DNA from: Octopus vulgaris
Taxonomy: Eukaryota
Length of the DNA stretch: 64,000 bases
Reading direction: 5' to 3'
Assembly (NCBI GenBank): GCA_951406725.2
Contig: OX597836.1
Span: 14,074,001-14,138,000 of the forward strand
Part shown: piece by piece, positions 14,056 through 26,139 of the stretch
How positions within the stretch are numbered: position 1 is the first letter of the stretch
Layout: every line of letters starts with the position of its first letter
The notes under the pieces: generated by a model
Told to the model about the DNA's origin: nothing
Database searches by the model: none
The model's input: the letters and a program-made list of their open reading frames with translations, nothing else
Program-made: the position numbers and the translations under genes

Positions 14056-14287
14056 TTTTCCTCTGTCGGATTCACACACTTATTGCAATTGTCCTTCAGT
14101 TTTTCTAAGCCCTATAAAAAGAACTCGAAAGGTTGCTCCAGAATGGGGTGTCAGTATTATAATTTAATTTTATCTAGTTTCAGTTCACGAGCTGTGGCCA
14201 TGCTGGGGCACCGCCATCTGAATAAAATTTGCAATAAAGTGTTTAAACTTTTGTTAAATATCTAAATGTGCCGAAAATCTGTAAGTA

Positions 14288-14499
14288 GGGGTGCTGAAAA
14301 ATTCCTTGCTTCGGGTAAAAGAAAATACAGGAGGATCTGTTAATTATGATTTTATAGAACATATTCCCCTCTCAGATTCACGTACTTATTGCAAGCGGCC
14401 CTTCAGTTTTTCTAAGCCCTGTAAAAGAACTTGGACGTTTGGTCCTCTAACCAGGCCTTTCAAGATACCTTTAAAGCCAGAAATTTTACAGCACCCCCT
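14288..14499. mobile_element. Tc1/mariner-derived MITE (a second, Helitron-interrupted partial copy lies at 13611-14130)
   Basis: Imperfect TIRs aggggtgctgaaaaattcc / agaaattttacagcaccccct. The internal sequence is repeated at 13611-13680 and 14056-14130. Confidence 0.65.
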
Positions 14500-14996
14500 C
14501 ATGTGTGTGTGTGTGTATTCACCTTACCTATGCTAGTATAGAAAAACCAGATGTAAAAACGAATTCTCTCTCTAAAACAATTTGTTCTATTTATATCATA
14601 ATAAAATTTGAGTGGTGATGGTCACCTGTAACAACTCTTATTTCTCCCTAGTTTCACTTCAAGATCCCACTCCTCCTCATCCACTATTAGTCACAAGCAC
14701 TTTCGATACCATTTTTCTGCAACAGAGCTGCACAGACGAATGGGCAACTAACACTGGAGTTGTCTCCCCTGCTTCTAAGGCTGTGCCTTGCAATACATGC
14801 CACACATCTAAAGCAAAACTGTTTTTTAAGGGGGCCTTAAAATACTATTGTGGATCCCTGATTTACTATTTTGTTGTGTGGACCCCAACAAAATCTTATT
14901 TGGACCCTGTTTGAGAACCAATGCCTTATATAGCTTCCCAAAACTCAGAGAGCCTATACCTATGTTTTTGCACTTCAAGGGATCAAGTAAAGCAAA

Positions 14997-15262
14997 CATC
15001 ATCATCATCATCATTGTTCGACCGTGGTCAAGACTTTCATAGTCTTTTCAAATGGCTAATAATGTGTGCGCGCGCCACTACTACACACATTGGAAAGCAT
15101 TGTACAACCAAGTACTAAAGAAGATCTTTCCTCCTCCATGAAACAAAGCTGTTCCCGCTGGACGTCAACCCAGTATTTCTAAGCTACGGACCCAGTGATT
15201 TATTGTACGGTTATCTCCCTAGATAGATTGCCTTCACTACGGCTAAGGAGCCCTTTCTACCC
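14997..15262 (-). mobile_element. Internally deleted (bipartite) non-autonomous RTE derivative
   Basis: Shares the 3' terminus gaccacggtcgaacaa(tga)n with the RTE fragment at 3972. The 5' part ggctccttagcc...ggcaatctatctagggag resembles RTE 5'UTRs. Confidence 0.55.
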
Positions 15263-15344
15263 CAAGCAAACACTGAGTATTACAGTTAGTCACACTTAAG
15301 TAATAGAGAAGTGAAAGCAAAAAAGGTTGGTTAAAAATACTCAC

Positions 15345-15639
15345 TTTCTGTGCAAGGACGTAATTCGGTATTCTGAGGTTGTCTGTATGGGGGTGGTGGA
15401 TCTTTGTGGGGCATTTTCCCCTCAAACCGCACATAATTACCGGGGAAATTCCCACAAACATTCTTGTTGATGTTGATTCCTCGCAGCCAGCCCTCCGGTT
15501 TCTCTAGGCTGCCTTTAAAATTGGAAGAGACTGGTGTGGTGACCAGCAGCTGGTCACCAACTGAGATAGCAATGTCCCCCTTGTGGTTGACGTCCGGGGT
15601 GTACTCATAGTTTGCTACGTAGATGTAGGTTTCCTCCAT
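15345..15639 (-). CDS. PIK3R1: PI3K class IA regulatory subunit (p85-like), exon encoding the N-terminal SH3 domain and start of the proline-rich linker (whole exon 15345-15715)
   Basis: Translation MEETYIYVANYEY...GDIAISVGDQLLV...EKPEGWLRGININKNVCGNFPGNYVRFEGK...PPPP. It has the SH3 signature, the long n-Src-loop insert and the GWLxGxN...GxFPGxYV motif typical of p85 SH3. Acceptor tctttctttctgttttgcttctAG precedes 15715, and donor GAAA|GTGAGT follows 15345 (phase 1). The symbol denotes the family; orthology to a specific vertebrate paralogue is not established. Confidence 0.85.
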
Positions 15640-15879
15640 GCTGTCGAAGGGAAGTACATCGGCGCTAAATTCACGCTGCCCAAAAGCACAAATCTCACTG
15701 ACATATGCTTTAAATCTAGAAGCAAAACAGAAAGAAAGACAACCATTTAGTGATGTACATTAAACATTTGCCAAAAATTTCACATTCATTTTCAAACACC
15801 AATTTTATTTCAAAATAGCCACCTATATATCATACTTAATGCATATTCTCCATTCACAGGCAAGTTACTGCAGTTTTCA

Positions 15880-16244
15880 TCTCTCTCTATATAAACGGCA
15901 GTTTGTCTGTCAGGTTGTACCCTCACCCTGACCACGGCTTTCAACCGATTCTGATGAAACTTGACACACACATAGCCCAATGTCATAATTCAAAACTAAC
16001 GCAGCGAAAATTTTGAAAAGTTCCTCCAGTTCTGAAAAAAAATCGATAAATTCGACATGGGGTCGAGAATCAGAAACACAAACCACAGACTGTCTAGGAG
16101 ACGCAACTCGACCTTTTTAACTCTCAAAAAAATTTACCATAATTTTTTTTTCCATTTTTTTGCTATTTTTTGGCTATAACTCTCTAAAAATGCTTTATAG
16201 TTATTTCCCTTACAAACCCGAGTAACGCCGGGCGATACTGCTAG
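15880..16244 (+). mobile_element. Non-autonomous Helitron (shares the 3' ~120 bp with 13681-14055)
   Basis: A|TCTCTCTCTATATAAAC ... CCCGAGTAACGCCGGG ... CTAG|T. The empty site ttttca|tcagag is present in the inverted duplicate near 17.08 kb. Confidence 0.88.
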
Positions 16245-16274
16245 TCAGAGATAAAATCTCTTATGGGCATCTCT

Positions 16275-16809
16275 CTCTATCCGCTCAGTCGAAGTCGACT
16301 CTCGGTTACTCATTGGATCAGTGACCTCCAGTCAGTTCTATCCTGGGCCACTTCTTTCAGATTGGCTATGTCCATTCCGGTATCACTCTTAATGGTGTCA
16401 GGCCAGCGGGTTCTTGGTCGGCCTCTTCCTCTCTTGCCACTGACCATTCCGTATATATAATATATATATATATATATATCCGCTCAGTCGAAGCCGACTC
16501 TCGGTCACTCGTTGGATCAGTGTCCTCCAGTCAGTTCTATCCTGGGCCGCTTCTTTCAGATTGGCTATGTCCATTCCGGTATCACTCTTGATGGTGTCAA
16601 GCCAGCGGGTTCTTGGTCGGCTTCTTCCTCTCTTGCCACTGACCATTCCGAGCATGATGTCCTTCAGGGATTTTCTCCGCATAATATGACCGAAATATGC
16701 CAATCTATGCTTGGTGATCCTAGCTAGCTTCTAGCAACATTTTCAGCCTTATCTGCTTAAGAACTTCTCCATTGGTGAGCCTCGCTGTCCATGGAATCCG
16801 CATACTGTG
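16275..16809 (-). mobile_element. RTE/BovB-like LINE 3' fragment with tandemly duplicated 3' end (about 16275-16451 and 16478-16809)
   Basis: AYFGHIMRR...IMLGMVSGKRGRSRPRTRWLDTIKSDTG...AAQDRTDWRTLIQRVTESRLRL is the canonical RTE-BovB C-terminus. Confidence 0.88.
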
Positions 16810-19481
16810 TTTAAAAACATATCAAGAGACAACAGTGGCCAACAGGAATACTAGATGCATTCATTTCAGCCCTGTTTGGTTTTGTCAATGACATATTCAC
16901 AGCCAGCCATATGCTTAAATGAGATTTTACCTTAAACAAAAACAGAATGAACATAGCCAATCTGAAAGAAGCGGCCCAGGATAGAACTGACTGGAGGACA
17001 CTGATCCAACGAGTGACCGAGAGTCGACTTCGACTGAGCGGATAGAGATAGATGCCCATAAGAGATTTTATCTCTGATGAAAACTGCAGTGACTTGCCTG
17101 TCAATGGTGTATATATGTTAAGTATTCTACATGAATAGCTATCTTAATTTAACCTTTTAGCAAACAGATTACTCTGTCAAATGTAATATTTGTTCTCATT
17201 GCTTTAAGTTTATCATTTATTATCTTGTACCTTCAAGATTTTAACGATGCCTTTGTTTATTTTTAGAATGTCATTGTATGGTAGGTGTGAGAAGCCAGAT
17301 TTATCTGGAGCTGAACATATAACCAGTAAAATACTTGGGCCCAGTTATATTTATGGTCAGTTTAAATGCTACTTCAATTGTACAGACTGGAAAATAAGAA
17401 AGAAAACTTGTGTTTTTAACAGTGAAACTTCAAGTGTAATTTTGGATTTAAAAGAAATCCTTAAATGGAAAGAGTAAAACTAAAGGGTGCTCATAGGACT
17501 CAAAACCACATCTACTGAAAATATGACAGATGTTCTACCATTACACCAAAGCTAGACTTTCGATTTTCTCCATCTGTTTCAGAAGCCTGGCTTTTCACCA
17601 GTGAGAATTGTATGTTGTTTACATCATAAGAACTTAGAAACTTCAAGGGACATGAAATAAATGATCTTAATAAAAATAGGTAAAGTTGTAAATAATGGTT
17701 TCAGATTTTTGACACAAATTCAAAACAATGTGAATAGATAGGCATTACTTTTTCTTGGGTAAACTGAAAGCTAAAATATTTAAAAAAAATTAAAAAAAAC
17801 AGGACGGTCACATCTTGGACATTCTTTAATCATAAGTTTTCTAAATCAAAACCAACTTGGGACTAACATAACAACAGAACAATGCTGCCACTGTAACCAC
17901 CACCACAGTTGTCTTTCAGGCTATTCCTTATCACACATCACCAGCTGATTTCAATCCAATCATTCTGTTTTATTTAAGGTAAGTTAATCCAACGGAGCCC
18001 TGTGGATTTGTCTGTCTTCAGTTACTTCAGAATATCTATACACATTCACATCCCATGTATTAACTTACAAAGAGTGTCACATTTCTTGTATGATGTCTCA
18101 TGGTGTCTACTTTGAGAGAATGAGAGGAGAGACAATGTGAGGGGAGAGAATAAGAGAAAGCAAGAAAGGGAGCAAGGAGAGGAGAGCAAAAAGAGAGCAA
18201 TGAGAGAGAGCAAGAGAAAGGGAGGAAGGAAGAAAGAGCTATTTATAGATAATATAAGAAGCAATACCTTAAACTTCTAAGTATCTATACTCAAGGTCCG
18301 GGACTGATTAATTCAAAACCTTATACATTGATACCTGAAGACTTGAAAAATCAATTTTATTTATTTCTATTTTTTTTTAACCTAGAAACCTGAAGAAGCA
18401 AACTAGGTTACTATGTCAACAAGAAGCTCCCTACATGGTAGTTTGTTCTGCTGAAAACAGCAGCCAAGTATCTCTCAAATCACAGCTGACTGTCTTAAAA
18501 AATAAAAGCATGCATTGAATAATGCAAACCTAGATGTAATAACATTATGACCAAAACTATAAGACACGATGGTCATGGCTGGAATGATTTTGATCATAAA
18601 TGCTCAATCAGGTAGAAGAACAACAACCCAACAACCCTTTATTTTTACCTGCACACAATCTTGGTAAATAGTGAGGACACAGGTGAACTCAGTGAAGGGA
18701 GAAAAAAAAACATATAAACCCTAACTCTAACCATACACTACAAAAACAACTAAAATTAGAAAATCCTTATCATTAACATTACCATCTGACCCATTCCAGA
18801 ATGGAAACTGGACGTTAAAGGATGATGATGATGAACTTCAGGCATATAAAATTGAAAATAAGCTACTAACAACCAATCATCATCATCATCATCCAGTGTT
18901 TTAAATCCAAGTTTTGTCCCTGTTAATGGGGGTAGCCGGATCTACCTCAATGCCATAGCAACTGAGGTAGGCAGGTGCATCCCACCCCACCCTTTGGGCT
19001 GGCTGGTGCCCATTCTCCTTTGCTATCATGAGGCTTTTTTGTAGCTGGATTTTCTACGGGTAGCATGCCCTTGCTTACCCCCAACCTCAGTTTCTAGACA
19101 TGAGTGGTCCCGAGACCAAGGCCTCTACCACGATTTTTAAGTAATGTGGTGGAAAACTAGCTCAGGAAGGTAAGGACACTACTTCCTGAGACCCCTTTCA
19201 GAGCTCCCTTACCTAATGTAATTGTTAAATTTGTTTGCAATTGTTATATTATCCATAAAAGTATGACACACTCATCGGTGTACCATCTACCAAATCCAGT
19301 CACAAAGCTTTGGTTGGCCAAGGGCTACAATAGAAGACACCTGCCCATAATGGAACTGAACCTGAAACCATATACTTGAGAAGCAAATTTCTTAACTACA
19401 AGGGCACATCTGTGCCTGTAACATCTATAATGTGCAAAAATATGAAATAGAAAAATATTGCAGGGGTATAAATATAAAAAA

Positions 19482-19711
19482 AGGCAGCGAGCTGGCAGAA
19501 ACGTTAGCACACCGGGCAAAATGCTTAGCGGTATTTCGTCTGCGTTACGTTGTGAGTTCAAATTCCGCCAAGGTCGACTTTGCCTTTCATCCTTTCGGGG
19601 TCGATAAATTAAGTACCAGTTACGCACTGGGGTCGATGTAATCAACTTAATACCTATGTCTGTCCTTGTTTGTCCGCTCTGTGTTTAGCCCCTTGTGGGT
19701 AATAAAGAAAT
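19482..19711 (+). mobile_element. SINE family 2
   Basis: Homologous to 20801-21032. Confidence 0.85.
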
Positions 19712-20039
19712 CATCATCATCATCATCATCATTTAACGTGATGTATATATAGGTATATATATAAAAAAAATCTATTTGTTCTTAGTTCTCCAAAAATGGA
19801 AACATTAAGATACTCCAAATATTGAAAATACCCTTGAAGGTATCTACTTGGTGAAGTATTGTTAAGAATTAAGCATTTTGAAATGTGTCTACAACTGTAG
19901 GATATTTCAGATTTTTCATTTAACCCTTTAACATTCAAAGAGATCATATCCAGCCCAGATATTTAACCTATTTTGATGTTGAAAGCTGCTAAAACTAAAC
20001 AATCACATTATCGAAATCTCTAAACTACTAGATACTCTG

Positions 20040-20455
20040 TTACCTGTTTCAGTCATTTGACTGCGGCCATGCTGGAGCACCGCCTTTAGTCGAGCAAATT
20101 GACCCCAGGACTTATTCTTTGTAAGCCTAGTACTTATTCTATCGGTCTCTTTTGCCGAACAGTGAAGTTACGGGGACATAAACACACCAGCATCGCTTGT
20201 CAAGCGATGTTGGGGGCACAAACACAGACACACAAAAACACACACATATATATATACACATACATACATACATATTTATATACATATATACGACGGGATT
20301 CTTTCAATTTCCGTCTACCAAATCCACTTACAAGGCTTTGGTCGGCACGAGGCTATAGTAGAAGACACTTGCCCAAAGTGCCATGCAGTGAGACTGAACC
20401 CAAAACCATGTGGTTGGTAAGCAAGCCACTTACCACACAGCCACTCCTGTGCCTA
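20040..20455 (-). mobile_element. SINE family 1 inserted in a piggyBac-type MITE (about 19920-20536)
   Basis: Family 1 homology, with the MITE halves on either side. Confidence 0.8.
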
Positions 20456-20800
20456 TGATAATAGCATGATTAATTCAAGACTATTTAAATAAACAAACAT
20501 TTACATTTGACAGAAAACTGAACGCTGAAGGGTTAAGCTGTATATATACCTTGAAATAAAAGTGAGTAAGTTGGCTCGACGGAACAATTTACATTTCAAA
20601 TTTCAACAAAAATTTGTGCATTTATGAGAGACCATGTTCAAGGAATCACTAGAACTGACAGTTAAAGCACACAAGTAGGGTGACTCACAACAAATTCTGT
20701 ACGGCTGAGAGACCGCAAAGAGAAATGCTGAATAGTAGGATATGGCGAAGCTCAACTTCACAGCTATATGGTGAGAAGTCAGATATATGTTGTGAACCCT

Positions 20801-21032
20801 AGGGCGGCGAGCTGGCAGAAACGTTAGCACACCGGGCGAAATACTTAGTGGTATTTCGTCTGTAGTTACGTTCTGAGTTCAAATTCCGCCGAGGTCGACT
20901 TTGCCTTTCATCCTTTTGGGGTCGATAAATTAAGTACCAGTTTCGCACTGGGGTCGATGTAATCGACTTAATACCTATGTCTGTCCTTGTTTGTCCCCTC
21001 TATGTTTAGCCCCTTGTGGATAGTAAAGAAAT
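20801..21032 (+). mobile_element. SINE family 2 (central gcctttcatcctttcggggtcgataaa...agtacc domain), full length with 18-bp TSD
   Basis: TSD ATATATGTTGTGAACCCT at 20783-20800 and 21033-21050. The head is tRNA-like (gagctggcagaa...gagttcaaattcc). From memory, the central domain resembles the MetaSINE/Sauria-SINE-type core. Confidence 0.85.
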
Positions 21033-21909
21033 ATATATGTTGTGAACCCTTACAACCATATGATGGCATATTAGATGCACCCTTATTTCAGCAGTGCATA
21101 TGCAGTGAAAAAATTGTTAGTGTTTCAAGGCTTATGAGAGACCCAACTTTGTATATAGGACCAGGAGTGATTGTTTTGAGAGATTGAGCGGGGAAGAGGG
21201 TGCATCTTAAATTACCATCAAATAGTCTGGTACTCGTAACCAAGGTTTACCGGGAAGGTGCTGCTATTTAGCACCAGGTCATTCCTGAGCAACATAGGCT
21301 AGAATTGAAGACATCCATTCCAGTCATGACTGTTGCGTCTTCATGCAAACAAGGCAGGAATAAATGAGAGGGGAGAGAGAGAGAGTGTGTGTGTGTGTAG
21401 ATGAGGAGAGCAAAAGAGAAAAATTTAAATTCTACTACGCAAAACAAAACTCAAAGTTCTCTCCCACTCTGCCCCACCGACACTCATTCTCTCTCTCTCT
21501 CTCTCTCTACTTTTAGGAGTCAGAATGGCGAAGAAGTATGGACACATTCTAAGACTTCATTTTTTTTTTTTTTGTGTTTTCTATGGGAGATAAGACGAAA
21601 GTAAGGAACAGTTGGATTCAAATTGATGGATGAATGATATCCGTATATGACAATAAAATGGAAAACAACGACTCACTCGCACACACGTTACCAAATACTT
21701 GCACAGCAAAATATTTACGAATGCATCACAAACACACAGTCATTTACCTATAGACACACACACACACACACAAATACTTCTTTTTCTTTTTTTTGAAAAA
21801 AAGGACACATAGAAAAAAAAAAAATGACATGCATATAACTGAAAATAAAGACAAAGAAATGAAGAGAACGAGAAGAGAGAAAGGGGGCAAGAATGAGAAA
21901 ATGAACAAG

Positions 21910-21926
21910 ATGTATGTATGCATATG

Positions 21927-21961
<35 letters not shown>

Positions 21962-21966
21962 GTATG

Positions 21967-21997
<31 letters not shown>

Positions 21998-22080
21998 GTA
22001 TGTATATATATATGTATATATGTGTGTGTGTGTGTATATATATATATATGTATATGTGTGTATATATATGTATGTGTGTG

Positions 22081-22116
<36 letters not shown>

Positions 22117-22128
22117 TATGTGTGTGTG

Positions 22129-22159
<31 letters not shown>

Positions 22160-22397
22160 GTGTGTATATATATATGTGTATATATATATATATGTGTGTG
22201 TATATATATATATGTATATATATACATATATATATATATACATAAATATATGTACATATATGTATGTACATATATATATGTATATATATGTATGTACATA
22301 TATGTATATACATATATATATATACATATATATATATATGTACATATATATATATATGTACATATATATATATATGTACATATATATATATATGTAC

Positions 22398-22430
<33 letters not shown>

Positions 22431-22440
22431 TATACACATG

Positions 22441-22480
<40 letters not shown>
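21910..22480. repeat. Compound (TA/TG/CA)n microsatellite
   Basis: Read directly. Similar blocks lie at 28284-28730, 32015-32390 and 44587-44880. Confidence 0.95.
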
Positions 22481-22483
<3 letters not shown>

Positions 22484-22573
22484 GCCACTTAGCAAACAAT
22501 GACCTGGTTTGGCAGTGTTTTAAGTTTTTCAGGAAATTACTGCTCTTTGACAAACTGCAAATAACTTGTCAAT

Positions 22574-22612
<39 letters not shown>

Positions 22613-22852
22613 GAGAGAGAGAAGAGCAGAGTAGTGGTGATGGTGGTGGTGGTGGTGGTAGGAAGGTCTTTAGTTCTAAAAGCAAATTACTCACGACCTA
22701 CTAGCTGGTCATCACCAACCAAGAAGAAGAAGAGTTGCTAGGGCCCTACTAAGTAGTCTTGGTTCACAAGGAGAGAGAAAAGAAAATTAACAAAAAAAAA
22801 AAAAAAAATTGGGGAAAAAAAAAAGGCTACCCGGATACTCTCTCTCTCTCTC

Positions 22853-23267
22853 TTTTACTCTTTTACTTGTTTCAGTCAGTTGACTGCAGCCATGCTGGAG
22901 CACCGCCTTTAGTCGAGCAACTCGACCCCGAGACTTACTCTTTGTAAGCCCAGTACTTATTCTATCGGTCTCTTATGCCGAACCACTAAGTGACGGGGAC
23001 ATAAACACACCAGCATCGGTTGTCAAGCGATGTGGGGGGGGGGGAACACAGACACACAAACATACATACACACACACACACACATATATATATATACATA
23101 TATACGACGGGCTTCTTTCAGTTTCCGTCAACCAAATCCACTCACAAGGCTTTGGTGGGCCCGAGGCTATAGTAGAAGACACTTGCCCAAGGTGCCACGC
23201 AGTGGGACTGAACCCGGAACCATGTGGTTGGTAAGCAAGCTACTTACCACACAGCCACTCCTGTGCC
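22853..23267 (-). mobile_element. SINE family 1, full length
   Basis: Family 1 homology. Confidence 0.85.
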
Positions 23268-23664
23268 TTGTGTCAAAATTTGAAACAATTATTATTATTA
23301 TCATTATTTGGGGCAGTGAACTGGTAGACTTGTTAACATAGGTGATAAAATGCTTCGTGGCATTTCTACCAGCTCTGTATGCTTCTGGGTTCAAATCCTG
23401 CTGAAATCAACTTTACTTTCGTCTTTCTAGGATTGAGCTAATGTAATCCCCTAAAAATTGCTGGCTTTGTGCCATAATTCGAAATTTATTATTATTGTTG
23501 TTGTTGTTGTTGTTTCTGAGTTAGAAACAAGGCTAATAAATTTGAGAGGATGGGGTTAGAAACCATTTTTGTAGATGGTCATGGTTGTATTGTCGTTAAT
23601 CAAATGTCTTTTTGATCAAGACAGCATCAAGTTCCAATACCTGCTCTGGTATAGTTTCTATGAA

Positions 23665-23990
23665 GGTGTATGTTAGGTCCGTGGTTAGTGCATCAGTCTC
23701 ACAATCATGAGGTAATGGGTTCAATTCCCAGACCAGATTGCATGTTGTGTTCTTGAGCAAGTCACTTTATTTCACATTGCTCCAATTCCCTCAGCAGTAG
23801 AAATGAATTGCAACGTCACTGGTGCCAAGCTGTATCGGCCCCTTTGCCTTTCCCTTGGACAACATTGGCGGCATTGAGAGGGGAGGCTGATATGTATGGG
23901 CAACTGCTAGTCTTCCATAAACAACCTTGGAGGGGGAACTTTCTAGGTGCAATCCCATGGTCATTCATAAACAAAGGGAGTCTTTACCCT
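23665..23990 (+). mobile_element. tRNA-derived SINE family 4
   Basis: tRNA-like head (gtggttag...gggttcaattccc), cttgagcaag core and ...gtctttaccc tail. Copies lie at about 4968-5291(+), 24505-24850(-) and 30545-30896(-). Confidence 0.75.
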
Positions 23991-25149
23991 ATAGTTTCTA
24001 TGGCTGGATACCCTTCCTATCATCGACCACTTTACAGAGTATACTGGGTGCTTATCACAACACTAGTGAGGTTGACAAACAACTTGCAAGACAAAGAAAA
24101 GAGCAAAAAGTCCCTTTAACTGAGTAAGGTTACAGTCTTTACTATAACAAGATACTTGTGGCTGTCCCTTATTCATATCTCAGCTTCTCGACACCTGGCA
24201 AAATTCACCCAAAATGGTAGGTAGTTTTATGCCAGGTGTTGAAAGGCGAAGATATGAAAGATGGACAGACACAGGTGTCTTGCCAGAGAAGAGATACAAG
24301 AGGACCATAACCTTCACTGTATTATATAAGGGTAGGTAGGAATAGCTGGAAAGAGGACAATGATGCTGGTGACAAGATGTCAGAGTGTTCTGTCAAGGGA
24401 CAAGAAGATGAGTGTAAGAGAAAATGAATTGAGAAGGGTGGATAAATTTATAGGCATGCAAGAGGAGAGTGGCAGATGGCTACTAGAGATCTGATTGAGT
24501 GAAGGGTAATTGAGGTGGACACCATTTGGTCATGAGAGACCATGGAATTCCATCTAGAAAGTTCCCCTCTGAGGCACAAGTCCGAGTAAGGTTGTTTATG
24601 GAAGACCAGCACTTGCCCATGTATACCAGCCTCTCCTCTCCATGATACCGAGATTATCCGAGGGAAAGGCAAAGGCCGATACAGCTTGGCACCAGCGACA
24701 TCGCAGCTCATTTCTACAACTGAGTGAACTGGAGTAACGTGAAATAAAGAGTCTTGCTCAAGAACACAACAGACAACCTGGTCTGAGATTCGAACTCACA
24801 ACCTCACAATTGTAAGCTTGATGCTCTAACCACTGAACCATGCACCTTCACGCAGGGTGGTTATAGTGAATAGAACAAGGTTGGAGGTGAAGTCAATAGT
24901 AAGTACTAGTATGACAGGGAAAATGAAAGAGTAGGCAGGACACACGGACACACACACACTCAAGTTCTTTTTTTCTGTTAACATACAACCAATGTTTATG
25001 TATTTATATGCCAATGTTTATTCTGTTAACATAATTAATTCCATGTGTTTTCCGTTAACAATTAGTTTCATATTTACTTAATTTCTTAACCTCAAACTTT
25101 AAAACATTAGAACTGAATTTTCCCTCATGTTAAAACAATAATACTTCAG

Positions 25150-25926
25150 AATGAGAGAGGGGGAGAGAGAGGAGAGACTGTGAGAGAGGGAAAAGGAGAG
25201 AGATGAAGGAGAGAGAAAGGAGAGAAAGATGGGGAGATGAAGAGAGAGGAAGGACAGGGAGAGGAAGAGAGAAAGAGGGAGACAGATAAGGGGGAGAGAG
25301 AAGGAAGGGGAAAAGGGCAAAGAGAGAAATGAAGAGGAACAGATGAGAGAGAAATAAAAGGGCTGAACAGAGAGAGAGAGAGAGAGGGAGAAAGAGAGAG
25401 GGAGGGAGAAAGAGAGAATTAATGATGGAAAAAAGTGAAAAGCAAACAAATAGAAACATTTTGATTGGAAATAAAAAGAAAAATTAAAGAGGGATGAGGA
25501 GTAATGAGAGAGACACTAAGGAAAACACAGGTTTAGAGATGGAGAGAGAGGGGGGAAAGAGCGAGAGAAAGAGGGGGGAGAGATGGGGAGAGCGAGAGAG
25601 GGGGAGAGAGAGGGGGAGAGGGCAAGAGAAAGGGAGAGAAAGCGAAAGAGAGGGGGGAGAGAGCGAGAGAGAGGGGGAGAGAGCGAGAGAGAGGGGGAGA
25701 GAGCGAGAGAGGGGGAGAGAGCGAGAGAGGGGGAGAGAGCGAGAGAGGGGGAAAGGGTGAGAGAGCGAGAGAGAGGGGGAGAGAGCGAGAGAGAGGAAGA
25801 GGGAGAGAGAGAGAGGTGGGAGGTCAAAAATGAAATCCACACATTGGAAAGAGAGGGAAATGAGAGGCAGACAAAGTGAAAGAGATAGCATGATGATACA
25901 AAGCAGACGAGGAGGAGGAGGAGGAG

Positions 25927-25972
<46 letters not shown>
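25150..25972 (+). repeat. Purine-rich (GA/GGA) low-complexity tract
   Basis: Read directly. Similar tracts lie at 31046-31570 and 41030-41630. Confidence 0.9.
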
Positions 25973-25973
<1 letters not shown>

Positions 25974-26139
25974 AAGAGTTAGAAGGGTGGTGGTGGGAGG
26001 GGATGAATTGCGACACAGACTGAGCAATTACAAGTAAAGTGTGTTAGGCATTGGCACAGATTGACACAGTTAATCTCTGCCAGAACTTTCTCCTTCCACT
26101 TGACCCCCAGAGAGCAGAAAGCAAAATAAAAACAAATAA

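Noticed and set aside
14670-14807. Possible minus-strand cassette exon after the SH3 exon (acceptor ttttgctttAG, frame open about 42 codons)
   Set aside because: It reaches TGA without a convincing donor and has no recognisable similarity. It cannot be supported without RNA data.
21740-22575. 250-270-aa YIYI/CVCV ORFs (also at 28.2, 31.9, 41.1, 44.5 and 55.3 kb)
   Set aside because: Microsatellite artefacts.
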